Source: a virus
Taxonomy: Duplodnaviria > Caudoviricetes
Length of the DNA stretch: 64,000 nucleotides
Strand: one strand, 5' to 3'
IMG/VR virus record: IMGVR_UViG_3300010362_000015
Span: 1 to 64,000 of that record
Below, one piece after another: positions 1 through 7,449 of this stretch (its first letter is position 1; every line of letters starts with the position of its first letter). Made by a program: the position numbers and the translations under genes. Below the pieces are notes generated by a model, which worked only from the letters and a program-made list of their open reading frames with translations, was not told the DNA's origin and did not search any database.

Positions 1-2
1 CT

Positions 3-44
3 GCGGCCACCCCCGGGGAAGTTTCACCCGTACACTTAGGACCC
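3..44 (-). other. Lambda-like cos site (cosQ GGGTCCT plus predicted cosN with 12-nt end GGGGGTGGCCGC)
   Basis: The minus strand reads ACGGGTCCT, 23 nt, then GGGGGTGGCCGC. Lambda has ACGGGTCCT, 23 nt, then GGGCGGCGACCT. The head module is lambda-type and in the same orientation. Confidence 0.55.
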
Positions 45-333
45 GTGGATTTTGAAACCGAACGCGTTCAAAACCGATGGGTATAGACCATACCCCGGGC
101 TATAGGCGTGGTACGTGGTGCGGGCCGCGGGCCGCGTGGTACGGGCCGACGGCGGGCCGCGTGGTGCGTGGTGGTGGTGCGCGCGCGTTGGTACGGGCCG
201 CGTGGTGATAGCGCGTGGTGGGGCCGACGGCGGGCCGCGGGCCGACGGCGGGCCGCGGGCGGGCGGGCGGGCGCCGTTAGTCGCCGACGGGCGGGCCGAC
301 GCCGTGGTGGGGCTCTATTGCGCCGCGCGGGCC

Positions 334-359
334 ATTCTACGAGACGCGATGCATGCATC
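334..359 (-). promoter_or_regulatory. GATGCATGCATC operator with TAGAAT -10 pointing toward cos
   Basis: Perfect palindrome at 348-359; ATTCTA at 334-339; no canonical -35. Confidence 0.5.
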
Positions 360-436
360 TATCGGCTTCGGCTTCGGTGGTGGGCTTCGGTGGGGCCGAC
401 GGCGGGCCGCGTGGTGGGGCTTCGGTGGTGGGGCTG

Positions 437-475
437 AAAACACAACGGGCCCGACGGTATCAACCATCGGGCCCG
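437..475 (-). terminator. Intrinsic terminator after the GP88 gene
   Basis: 13-bp stem CGGGCCCGATGGT/ACCGTCGGGCCCG with one G-U pair, followed by TTGTGTTTT on the minus strand. Confidence 0.7.
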
Positions 476-656
476 CGTTAGTGTGGTGGGGCTCTATTGC
501 GTGGTGCGGGGTAATCCTAGACGCGCACTAGACGCGCGTCGCGGTATCGGGCCGCGGCCCGTGCGCGGGCCTTATCGCGCGCTATGTCCTCAAGCGCGCG
601 CTGCAGCTTGCAGTGTGCTACGAACCGACGGTAAGAACGCAGTATACGGCGGGCCA

Positions 657-1517
657 TTAGAGCACCACCACAAACGGGCCGACGGCGTCGCGGGCCGCGG
701 CGTCAACCGAAGCCATACGGGCCGCAACACGGCGGGCTTCGGAGAGCATATCCGCATGCGTCGGCGTCGGCGGGCCGACGGGCGCCACGGCGGGCGCCGA
801 CGCGCGCACCACAAAGGCCGAATCGGCCCCAATTGCGGCGCCTTTGGCTCGGAGCCCCACCACCACGCCGACGGCGTCGGTAAACCGCAAGTCGTGCAAG
901 TCGCCGTCAACCACGCGGTAACCGCGCCATTCTTCGGGCAGTTCATAACCGCGACGCGTATCAAACACCACGGCGACATTCACGCCGTTAGCAAGGGCGC
1001 CCATAGCGTCGGCGTCGTTATGGCCCGTGTATGAGAACGTCAAGTGATAGTTGGGGAGAACGCGTAATTCGGGCCGCGGAATTTTGGTGTAGTCGTAAAA
1101 CTGGACGTTGGGAAATTCGCGCGCCATAGTGCGCGCAATCTGCGGCAAGTCGCTTGTACCGTTGATGCGCACGGCGGGCTTGAGCCCCAATTTCGCGGCC
1201 CGCTTGATCAAGGCGCCGATATCCCACCGAAGCGCGTTCATGAACGCGTCGCGGTTATTGTGCAAGTACAGTGTCTTTGCCATTCGGCCCGCGCGCACGC
1301 TATCGAACCGACCGCGGCCCGCCGTGAATAGGCAAGCCCGACGACATTCTTCGGTGGCCATAGGGCACGTGTTCATTACCCCGGATTCTTCGGCGGGCGC
1401 CAAATAGAGAATGCCCGTCAAATAGCCTAAGGGCTGGCCCTTAGTTGTCTTTGCGTTCTCAACTGCCAATAAGGGCCGATATCCCGTCGGCTTGCGGTTA
1501 CTACGTGAAGTGTTCAT
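657..1517 (-). CDS. GP88-family phage protein (Cys-motif, radical-SAM-like fold suspected)
   Basis: Motifs LYLAPA..NTCPMATEECRRACLFTAGRG, RINGTSD, QFYDYTK, NYHLTFSY and DGDLHDLRF typical of gene-product-88 proteins. Confidence 0.75.
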   Translation of the reverse strand: MNTSRSNRKPTGYRPLLAVENAKTTKGQPLGYLTGILYLAPAEESGVMNTCPMATEECRRACLFTAGRGRFDSVRAGRMAKTLYLHNNRDAFMNALRWDIGALIKRAAKLGLKPAVRINGTSDLPQIARTMAREFPNVQFYDYTKIPRPELRVLPNYHLTFSYTGHNDADAMGALANGVNVAVVFDTRRGYELPEEWRGYRVVDGDLHDLRFTDAVGVVVGLRAKGAAIGADSAFVVRASAPAVAPVGPPTPTHADMLSEARRVAARMASVDAAARDAVGPFVVVL

Positions 1518-1523
1518 GCATTC

Positions 1524-1579
1524 AGCTTAACGGGCCGATTGCGATGCATGCAACTGATTTCGGAATTTTGTGGGTGAAA
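1524..1579 (-). promoter_or_regulatory. Cassette-type leaderless promoter for GP88
   Basis: TTTCACCCA-N17-TTGCAT (overlapping the operator)-N18-TAAGCT-6 nt-ATG. Confidence 0.7.
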
Positions 1580-1890
1580 TTCGCGGTATCCCCGCTTGAC
1601 TCTCAAGCGCCGACGCGCGCTATCGTGCAAGTAATCGGGCTTCGTTACCATCGGTGGTGCGGGCCCGAAGCGCGGGCCCGTAGTGAAGTGCGGAGCCCGC
1701 GCTATAGCCTATGTCCTAGTCCATGGACTATGGCGATGCTGTAGACACGGGCCGCAAAGCACCTACGTATCAAGCGTGCGTATCAGGGTGAAACGCGATT
1801 CGAGCCTTTTTTCCGGCTGCAATCAAATCCTGGGGAACTTTTTGGGATTTCAAATTTTCCCAGGCAATTTTGGATTCAGGAAAGGAGGGG

Positions 1891-2049
1891 TCACGCTGCG
1901 CCGCGCGCGAGCAGATACGCGATCACCAGAATAGCCAGACCCAGCGATGTCCAGTTGATGGGCTTAACGTTGGGGAACTGGGCCTGCACTGCGCCGACCA
2001 GAAAAAGAAGCATGGCCAGGACCAACAGAATCGTGCCGACGATTGGCAT
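1891..2049 (-). CDS. Small two-TM membrane protein (holin-like candidate)
   Basis: MPIVGTILLVLAMLLFLVG..WTSLGLAILVIAYLL; AGGAGG SD upstream. Confidence 0.6.
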   Translation of the reverse strand: MPIVGTILLVLAMLLFLVGAVQAQFPNVKPINWTSLGLAILVIAYLLARGAA

Positions 2050-2085
2050 ATTGACGGCCTCCTGCTGCGGTCCAGTGTACTCCAC

Positions 2086-2123
2086 AAAAAGCAAAAGCCC
2101 CGGATCGCCGAAGCGGCCCGGGG
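2086..2123 (-). terminator. Intrinsic terminator after the OMP gene
   Basis: GC stem with TTCG loop followed by TTTTGCTTTTT on the minus strand. Confidence 0.7.
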
Positions 2124-2170
2124 CCTGAGTTGTCTACCTAAGAAATTCGATCCAGAAGATTAGATCGATT

Positions 2171-2815
2171 CTACCGCGACTGGAAGAACACGCCGACGGT
2201 CGGCGCGATCACCCAGCCGCCTCCGTTCGAGCCGACCGTGCGCAGCAGAGCGAGCTGCGTATCGACGCCGACCTTGTGAGTGATGTAGGCGCGCACGCCG
2301 CCGCCGGTGATGATGGCCGGTGCGCTGGTAGCGTAGCTGTAGCTGCCGTAGGAGCCGCCGCCGCTCAGAGTGCCGCTCTCGGTTCCGCCTGCATATGCGA
2401 AGCCGAGCTTGCCATACGGTACGAAGCGGGACCGGTTGGTGCCGACGAACTCGAAGCCGCCGCCGAAGGTGTAGAGGTTGGAGTTGACGCTGGCCGAGGC
2501 GCAGTAGCCGTAGTAGCAGGCGCTGGCGCTCTGCCGCATCGGAACCCAGCCGCCCTGCATGAAGACGCCGACGTACTTGCCGAGGCCGACATCGAGCGAT
2601 CCGAGCGCGCCGGGGTGCAGGCCGTTGTTGCCGGTCAGGTGCGCGCCAGCCACTCCGATGGAGCCCGACACGGTGCCGAGGTGGAAGCCGTAGGGCTTGG
2701 CGTCAGCCGCCGGTTGAACAGCGGGCGCAACAGGGCCCGCGGGCGGAACCGCGGCCTGCTGAGCCGAGAGAATCGTTGCGAAGAAAAGAATGATGATGGT
2801 AACTGCCGTTTTCAT
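2171..2815 (-). CDS. Outer-membrane beta-barrel protein (Lom/Ail/OmpA-like moron)
   Basis: Signal peptide, alternating amphipathic Gly/aromatic beta strands (VPYGKLGFAY, GGGVRAY), and an aromatic C-terminal strand (TVGVFF). Confidence 0.75.
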   Translation of the reverse strand: MKTAVTIIILFFATILSAQQAAVPPAGPVAPAVQPAADAKPYGFHLGTVSGSIGVAGAHLTGNNGLHPGALGSLDVGLGKYVGVFMQGGWVPMRQSASACYYGYCASASVNSNLYTFGGGFEFVGTNRSRFVPYGKLGFAYAGGTESGTLSGGGSYGSYSYATSAPAIITGGGVRAYITHKVGVDTQLALLRTVGSNGGGWVIAPTVGVFFQSR

Positions 2816-2911
2816 ACTTGTATGTCCTAAATAGAAAGTTGCGAAGTTAGAGGGTTGAGGTTTAGGCGGCGCGGTTCAGGCGCCGCCGCTTCTGAAACGA
2901 AACTTGTGGTG

Positions 2912-3325
2912 CTAGACTTCTTCCGCGGGCAGGTCGGCGATGCACTCATGCACCAGCCGCAGGAAGATATCGGGCGCGTAGGCCCGCTCGCCGACGCGTT
3001 CTTCGAGATCGCGACCGACGCGCTGGATGGCCTGGACGATCCCGGCAGTCTCGGCGGTCTGCATTAGTTCGCCGCCGCGGACCTCGAAGTCGCGCTCGCC
3101 CTGCCAGCGTGTGGAGTAGGTGTAGACGCCGTACACGATCACCTTGTCCTCGGTGGCGTGGACCTTGCGCAGCACGATCAGCTTCCAGTTGGCGATGCGC
3201 CCGGCGTCATGCTCGTACTGGCCCTGAAACATCTTCTCCCGGGCTTCGGCCACCGAGGTCCACTCGCTGGTCTTGATGCGCACCGGCGGCCTGCCGGTGA
3301 GTGTGATTGTCAGATATTCGTTCAT
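2912..3325 (-). CDS. Hypothetical protein
   Basis: Clean ORF with phage-like composition; no family recognised. Confidence 0.65.
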   Translation of the reverse strand: MNEYLTITLTGRPPVRIKTSEWTSVAEAREKMFQGQYEHDAGRIANWKLIVLRKVHATEDKVIVYGVYTYSTRWQGERDFEVRGGELMQTAETAGIVQAIQRVGRDLEERVGERAYAPDIFLRLVHECIADLPAEEV

Positions 3326-3383
3326 GTTCGTTTTTCCGTCCTTGTGTCCGGTATTCGCCCGCCGGAACGCCGGGGCTTGGTTG

Positions 3384-3716
3384 TTAGTGAGCCTTGCTCT
3401 CTACCGCTACTCTGATGCGGTGGAGACTATCGATCACAGCTTTGAAGCCGAGCATGAGCATTCCCGAAATCATGCCCGAGACTCCACCGATTAAGACTTG
3501 CAGTCCCGTGGCGTCTCGTTCTCCAAGGGCTACGAATCCTAAAACGCAAAACAGTATCCCGAATATGATGGCCATGAATCCGATGAATTGAAGCCAGAAG
3601 CAGATCATCGGGCTTTCGGCGCTCGCGGCGCGCTGCGCGGCTCGATACTCTGCGACAGTGTCTGAGGTGACCGGAGACTGGGGAGTCTCAGGCGAAACGT
3701 TGGTATTGTCAGTCAT
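3384..3716 (-). CDS. Two-TM membrane protein
   Basis: Two hydrophobic segments (ICFWLQFIGFMAIIFGILFCVLG; VLIGGVSGMISGMLMLG). Confidence 0.7.
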   Translation of the reverse strand: MTDNTNVSPETPQSPVTSDTVAEYRAAQRAASAESPMICFWLQFIGFMAIIFGILFCVLGFVALGERDATGLQVLIGGVSGMISGMLMLGFKAVIDSLHRIRVAVESKAH

Positions 3717-3732
3717 GTTTTGATTTCCCTAG

Positions 3733-3996
3733 TTACTTGTCCAATCCGGCGGCCCGGCACTCCAGCCGCTCGACTTTCTTCCACTGCAAATACTTCTCCT
3801 GCTCTTTGGCCTGCAGATATCCCTGCGCCACCAGTTGCGCCTGGACGCATACGGACATCTGATCGCCCGACTGCTTCGATATGCGGTATTGCTGCTCGAA
3901 GTCGGTGGCGACCTTCTGCTCGGGGCCGCCGCTGAACAGCCAGATGAGAAAGGCCCCGGCGATGATCAGCTGAATGAGTGCGGCGAAGACTTTCAC
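3733..3996 (-). CDS. Membrane-anchored periplasmic protein with two Cys
   Basis: N-terminal TM, then QQYRISKQSGDQMSVCVQAQLVAQGYLQAKE..C. Confidence 0.7.
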   Translation of the reverse strand: MKVFAALIQLIIAGAFLIWLFSGGPEQKVATDFEQQYRISKQSGDQMSVCVQAQLVAQGYLQAKEQEKYLQWKKVERLECRAAGLDK

Positions 3997-4355
3997 TTGG
4001 CCCCCTTAGGCGGGTTCTGGGCGGCCTCTCTTGCCAGAACTCGCGCGCCGACCTTGTTCGCCAGCTTCAAGAACTGGACGGCCTTGACGTCGCCGTCCGA
4101 CGTGGCGGGTTGCTCCACGCGCACGCGGATCTTCGGTTCAGCTGGCCCCTTCGCCCATCGGATTGCGGTTGCGGCTGCCTGCGACGTGCAGCTGAGCTTG
4201 AAGCCGAGCCATTGCTCCGGCGATGTGTTGTGTTTGTCGGCGATGCCGTTGTAGTAGCCCAGCTGGCTGATGATGTACTCGCGCACTTCCTGCTCGGTCT
4301 GCTCGGTATCCGCCATGTAGGCCTTGACGGCCTTGGGCGGCAGCTTGCTTTTCAC
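3993..4355 (-). CDS. Hypothetical protein
   Basis: GTG start overlapping the upstream TGA; the ORF-track start at 4499 is likely too long. Confidence 0.6.
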   Translation of the reverse strand: MKSKLPPKAVKAYMADTEQTEQEVREYIISQLGYYNGIADKHNTSPEQWLGFKLSCTSQAAATAIRWAKGPAEPKIRVRVEQPATSDGDVKAVQFLKLANKVGARVLAREAAQNPPKGAK

Positions 4356-4507
4356 TTGGCCCCCAGTTCGATGAGGTTGTCGCAGGCCAGCTCCAGGTAC
4401 ACCGCGGCGTCGCGCAGCATATCGATGGAGCCCTGCGGCGTCTGGGCGTTGAGCGCGGCCTCGACCGAGGTCTGCAGCTTCGCCACGTTCTCTTTCCACT
4501 TGTCCAC
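4352..4507 (-). CDS. Small helical hypothetical protein
   Basis: 51-aa ORF from GTG with AGGAGA SD, coupled by a GTGA overlap; below the track cut-off. Confidence 0.5.
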   Translation of the reverse strand: MDKWKENVAKLQTSVEAALNAQTPQGSIDMLRDAAVYLELACDNLIELGAK

Positions 4508-4517
4508 GTTGGTTCTC

Positions 4518-4718
4518 CTATTGGTTGATCGGTTGCGGTTTAGCGCCGCCCACGCGGCGCGTTTTCTTCTCCTCGACGCAGGCGGTGCAGCTGATCCGTT
4601 TGCCTAAGAACAGCTGCTGCCGGTCGATGGTCACGCAGGGGCACTCGAAGGAGTGCCCGCAGGCGAGCTTGACGCTCCACTTCAGCCCGAAGCGAAGCAT
4701 GCGGGTAATCTCGGTCAC
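4518..4718 (-). CDS. Small Cys-rich hypothetical protein
   Basis: LACGH..C.C and CTAC motifs. Confidence 0.55.
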   Translation of the reverse strand: MTEITRMLRFGLKWSVKLACGHSFECPCVTIDRQQLFLGKRISCTACVEEKKTRRVGGAKPQPINQ

Positions 4719-4864
4719 TACGAGGCCTCGCCGAACGCGATAGCGTAGATGAACTTGAACATCTCGATCCCGGCCCAGATGAACAGCACCAGCTCGAACA
4801 GCAGCGGCTTGGTGATGTGCAGCGCGTGAGAGATGCCTTGAATCACTTCAGTGAATTTGGTCAT
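4718..4864 (-). CDS. Small membrane protein (48 aa)
   Basis: MTKFTEVIQGISHALHITKPLLFELVLFIWAGIEMFKFIYAIAFGEAS; AAGGA SD; follows a cassette promoter. Confidence 0.55.
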   Translation of the reverse strand: MTKFTEVIQGISHALHITKPLLFELVLFIWAGIEMFKFIYAIAFGEAS

Positions 4865-4892
4865 TTTGTATTTTCGTTTCCTTTATGATTCA

Positions 4893-4936
4893 AGCATCTC
4901 ATCACTTGCATGCATGAAGTCAAGAGATTTCACCCC
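4893..4936 (-). promoter_or_regulatory. Cassette promoter with inverted upstream element
   Basis: GGGGTGAAA-N4-TTGACT-TCATGCATGCAA; the -10 is uncertain. Confidence 0.55.
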
Positions 4937-5166
4937 TGCGTTCTCTTGACGTCGGTGGCGATGAACTCCTGCCCGGCGCTGTTGGCCAGCCGCCCGTTGG
5001 GCAGCTTGCACAGCGTCACGCGGCAGCGAAACATCGGGTTGGGCGCCGCATTGTCGATGGCCACGCCCGCCTCGGACTCCTCGATGACGTAGAACCGCAG
5101 CGGCTGCTGGGATACTACCCCGTCGGTCACGGCGCGCAGATCAATTGCCCGTGGGCCTCGCTTCAT
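4930..5166 (-). CDS. Hypothetical protein
   Basis: ATGA-coupled to the upstream gene; its stop lies inside GGGGTGAAA. Confidence 0.6.
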   Translation of the reverse strand: MKRGPRAIDLRAVTDGVVSQQPLRFYVIEESEAGVAIDNAAPNPMFRCRVTLCKLPNGRLANSAGQEFIATDVKRTQG

Positions 5167-5414
5167 GCGGCCTCCTCCTTCGCAGCGTTCTCTTTCGCGC
5201 GCCGGTCCATGCACTTGTGGCAGCGGCAGCCCGGCCATTTGGGTTTATGCTTGGCCCAGTAGATCCCGCCGGTGTACGACTTGCGCTTCTTCGCATTGCG
5301 GCGGGCCCACTCGCTCTTGAGCGCATCCTCGGGGATGGTGCCCAGGTCCCAGTTTTCGTTGTACGGGCGCAGCTTCACCGCGCCTTCGTCTTGTTTGGTC
5401 ATAGATTCTCCCAT
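5163..5414 (-). CDS. Hypothetical basic protein with CxCxxC
   Basis: ATG 6 nt after the -10; GCRCHKC motif. Confidence 0.6.
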   Translation of the reverse strand: MGESMTKQDEGAVKLRPYNENWDLGTIPEDALKSEWARRNAKKRKSYTGGIYWAKHKPKWPGCRCHKCMDRRAKENAAKEEAA

Positions 5415-5420
5415 ACCTTC

Positions 5421-5465
5421 AGTGTCACAGATACATGTAACTCAGTGCAAGAGGCGTTTCACCCC
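5421..5465 (-). promoter_or_regulatory. Cassette promoter with inverted upstream element
   Basis: GGGGTGAAA-N6-TTGCAC-18 nt containing TTACATGTATC-GACACT-6 nt-ATG. Confidence 0.65.
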
Positions 5466-5467
5466 TC

Positions 5468-5773
5468 CTATTTCAGCTCCATGCGGTTCTGCTTCATGGA
5501 CGCGAGCAGCACCTTGGACGGCGACCAGCCGGTGCCGTGGACATCCACCCCGAACCGGCGGCGGGCGGCGTCGCGGAACTCTGCAACGGTCTGGCCTTCC
5601 CGCATCAGATCGAACACCCGGCCCCGCATTCCGCCCATGTGGCCCGGCGCGGCCAGCAGGTGAATCCGCATCGTGTCGCGGATCTTACGGTGCATTTTCC
5701 GGTGGGCGCTTACCCAGCACTCGTCCATGCGAGTCGTCTTCTTCGTCACCGTATTCTTCGGCCTCTTCTTCAT
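5468..5773 (-). CDS. Hypothetical basic protein
   Basis: MKKRPKNTV start with AGGGAGA SD. Confidence 0.55.
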   Translation of the reverse strand: MKKRPKNTVTKKTTRMDECWVSAHRKMHRKIRDTMRIHLLAAPGHMGGMRGRVFDLMREGQTVAEFRDAARRRFGVDVHGTGWSPSKVLLASMKQNRMELK

Positions 5774-5800
5774 TGCGAATTGTCTCCCTAGATACATGGT

Positions 5801-5826
5801 AAAAGGAGGCGGGCGTTTCACCCGCC
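5801..5826 (-). terminator. Intrinsic terminator after the Zn-finger/OB gene
   Basis: GGCGGG-TGAAACG-CCCGCC followed by TCCTTTT; the loop contains the GGTGAAA element. Confidence 0.55.
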
Positions 5827-5853
5827 ACACATTTCACCCCATGGGGAGGCCCT

Positions 5854-6780
5854 CTAGGCCTCCGGCGTCTTCGGCTTGCGGGCCGTCTTGGCGGGCGCGG
5901 GCGCGTATTCCTTCGCGCCGCCGATCTCGCTGTCCCAGACGTACAGCTTGCCGTCGTCCTCGCGGTACGCCAGCACCTTGGGGCGGGCGATGATCGTCTG
6001 GTTCTCGTCCTTGTAGCTCTCGTGGCCGTCCACCGTCGCCTTCACCAGGACCGTGACGCCAGCGCTGGCGATGTGGCTGCCGCCCTTGTAGACCAGCCGG
6101 TTGCCGTTGTCGTCGCGGAGCAGGTAGATGCTGCGCGGGCCGAAGCAGTAGTGGCGCGTGCCCGAGCAGCCGCAGGGGATCGGGATGATCCGCTCGACGG
6201 TCACGATCACCTCGATGCGCTTGCCGACCTCGGCGACGAACTGGCTGGCGGCGCGCTCGGCGGCCCGGGCTTCCAGGCGGGCGATGGTGTTGCGGGCGGC
6301 CTCGACCTGCTTCTCGCTGAGCTTGCCCGCCTGCTCGAACTTGCGGAGCAGGTCGGCCAGGAACGTGTCGGCGGCCTCGTGCTTGCGCATGCCCTCGACC
6401 ACGTCGCCGTAGGCGGCCAGTGAGTCGGCCTTCACGGCTTCGGCGGCGGCGGCCTCAGCGGCCTGAGCGGCGGCCAGCTTGGCGGCCTGGACGGCGTTGC
6501 GCTTGGCCTGGGCGGCGTTCAGGGCGGCCAGCTTCTCGGCGGTGTAGACCGGCTCGGTGCGGATCGGGCCCTTACCGTTGCCGCGGCAGTCGAAGCAGAC
6601 GCGGCCCGTGAACATCCACTTGTCCGACGCGCCAGCGCCGCCGCAGCGCGAGCAGACATCCTGGTAGGTGTGCTTGGCGGTGCCCTTGGCCTCGTTGGCG
6701 TCGAAGATCCCGCGGGTGACCGGCGAACCGTAGCGGTTGAACCAGCTGCTCTTCGCGTCGCTCATGATTACGTTTTCCAT
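5854..6780 (-). CDS. DnaJ-type Zn finger, coiled coil and C-terminal OB-fold-like protein
   Basis: CSRCGGAG..CFDCRGNG, an Ala-rich coil, then VGKRIEVIVTVER..LLRDDNGNRLVYKG..VKATVDGH..QTIIARP. Confidence 0.7.
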   Translation of the reverse strand: MENVIMSDAKSSWFNRYGSPVTRGIFDANEAKGTAKHTYQDVCSRCGGAGASDKWMFTGRVCFDCRGNGKGPIRTEPVYTAEKLAALNAAQAKRNAVQAAKLAAAQAAEAAAAEAVKADSLAAYGDVVEGMRKHEAADTFLADLLRKFEQAGKLSEKQVEAARNTIARLEARAAERAASQFVAEVGKRIEVIVTVERIIPIPCGCSGTRHYCFGPRSIYLLRDDNGNRLVYKGGSHIASAGVTVLVKATVDGHESYKDENQTIIARPKVLAYREDDGKLYVWDSEIGGAKEYAPAPAKTARKPKTPEA

Positions 6781-6786
6781 GTCCTA

Positions 6787-6831
6787 AGTATGACAAGTTG
6801 CATGCATCTGGTCAACGGGTTTGGGGTGAAA
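6787..6831 (-). promoter_or_regulatory. Cassette promoter
   Basis: TTTCACCCC-N7-TTGACC-17 nt (GATGCATGCAAC)-CATACT-6 nt-ATG. Confidence 0.85.
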
Positions 6832-7045
6832 CCTTCGGCGGCTTGACCACTTCCGGCCCCATCTCGGTGATGACCCGCCGGATCACCTGATAGGCGCTGC
6901 CGCGGAATTCCTTCGACAGCCGCACGGCGTCGGCGCGGGCCTCGCGTTCGCTGGCCCGCCGCTCGCCCTCGTACCACTCCAGCATCTTGCCGTTTTCGTC
7001 CCGGCCACAAACCCGCACGGCCTCATACCATGTGTGCGTCGTCAT
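6812..7045 (-). CDS. Cassette hypothetical protein
   Basis: Ends VSPQTR at the TGA of the next -35 box. Confidence 0.65.
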   Translation of the reverse strand: MTTHTWYEAVRVCGRDENGKMLEWYEGERRASEREARADAVRLSKEFRGSAYQVIRRVITEMGPEVVKPPKVSPQTR

Positions 7046-7398
7046 GCCGCCTCCGGCTCGGGCTCGCGGATTGCGCCGACGGCGTCCGCGGCGCGGTTGA
7101 AGGTGCTGGGCCGCACGCCGTTCTCCCAGGCGTCCCTGATCGGCTTGGCGGGATTCTTCATGCAGGCCGGGCAGCCGTGGCCCCCGATGGTCAGCATCGA
7201 GCCGTCGGCGAAGTCGAAGCGGATCGACATCGGCGTGGAGAGGAAGGACGAGCGCACGGCGTGGAACTCGCCGCAGCCGTGGCAGACCAGAACGTGATCG
7301 TAGGCGTTGAAAGTCCTACCGTCGTCTTCGATCTGGACGAGCCGCTGCTTCAATGCGCTGATCGCGCTCTTTGCTTGGGTGACTGCTGTGTTGTTCAT
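7042..7398 (-). CDS. Cassette hypothetical protein with two CxxC motifs
   Basis: Starts MNNTAV at the promoter-adjacent ATG; CHGC and CPAC. Confidence 0.7.
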   Translation of the reverse strand: MNNTAVTQAKSAISALKQRLVQIEDDGRTFNAYDHVLVCHGCGEFHAVRSSFLSTPMSIRFDFADGSMLTIGGHGCPACMKNPAKPIRDAWENGVRPSTFNRAADAVGAIREPEPEAA

Positions 7399-7404
7399 GA
7401 GTCC

Positions 7405-7449
7405 ATTCTCTCGCGATGCATGCATCTGGTCAAGTACGTTGGGGTGAAA
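7405..7449 (-). promoter_or_regulatory. Cassette promoter
   Basis: TTTCACCCC-N7-TTGACC-17 nt (GATGCATGCATC)-GAGAAT-6 nt-ATG. Confidence 0.85.

Larger units (their letters stand above)
143..500. repeat. GC-rich low-complexity repeat tract next to the genome end
   Basis: 19-mer GGGCCGACGGCGGGCCGCG at 143, 221, 239 and 393; 18-mer GTGGTGGGGCTCTATTGC at 304 and 483; many GTGGTG and CGGGCC units. Confidence 0.85.

Noticed and set aside
143-500. GTGGTG runs as Chi sites
   Set aside because: They do not match the E. coli octamer GCTGGTGG and the host Chi is unknown; kept only as a compositional note.
68-1034. ORFs 68-358, 108-437, 115-531, 483-1034 and 590-979
   Set aside because: Arg/Gly/Ala low-complexity translations of the repeat tract, or shadows of the GP88 gene; no start signals.
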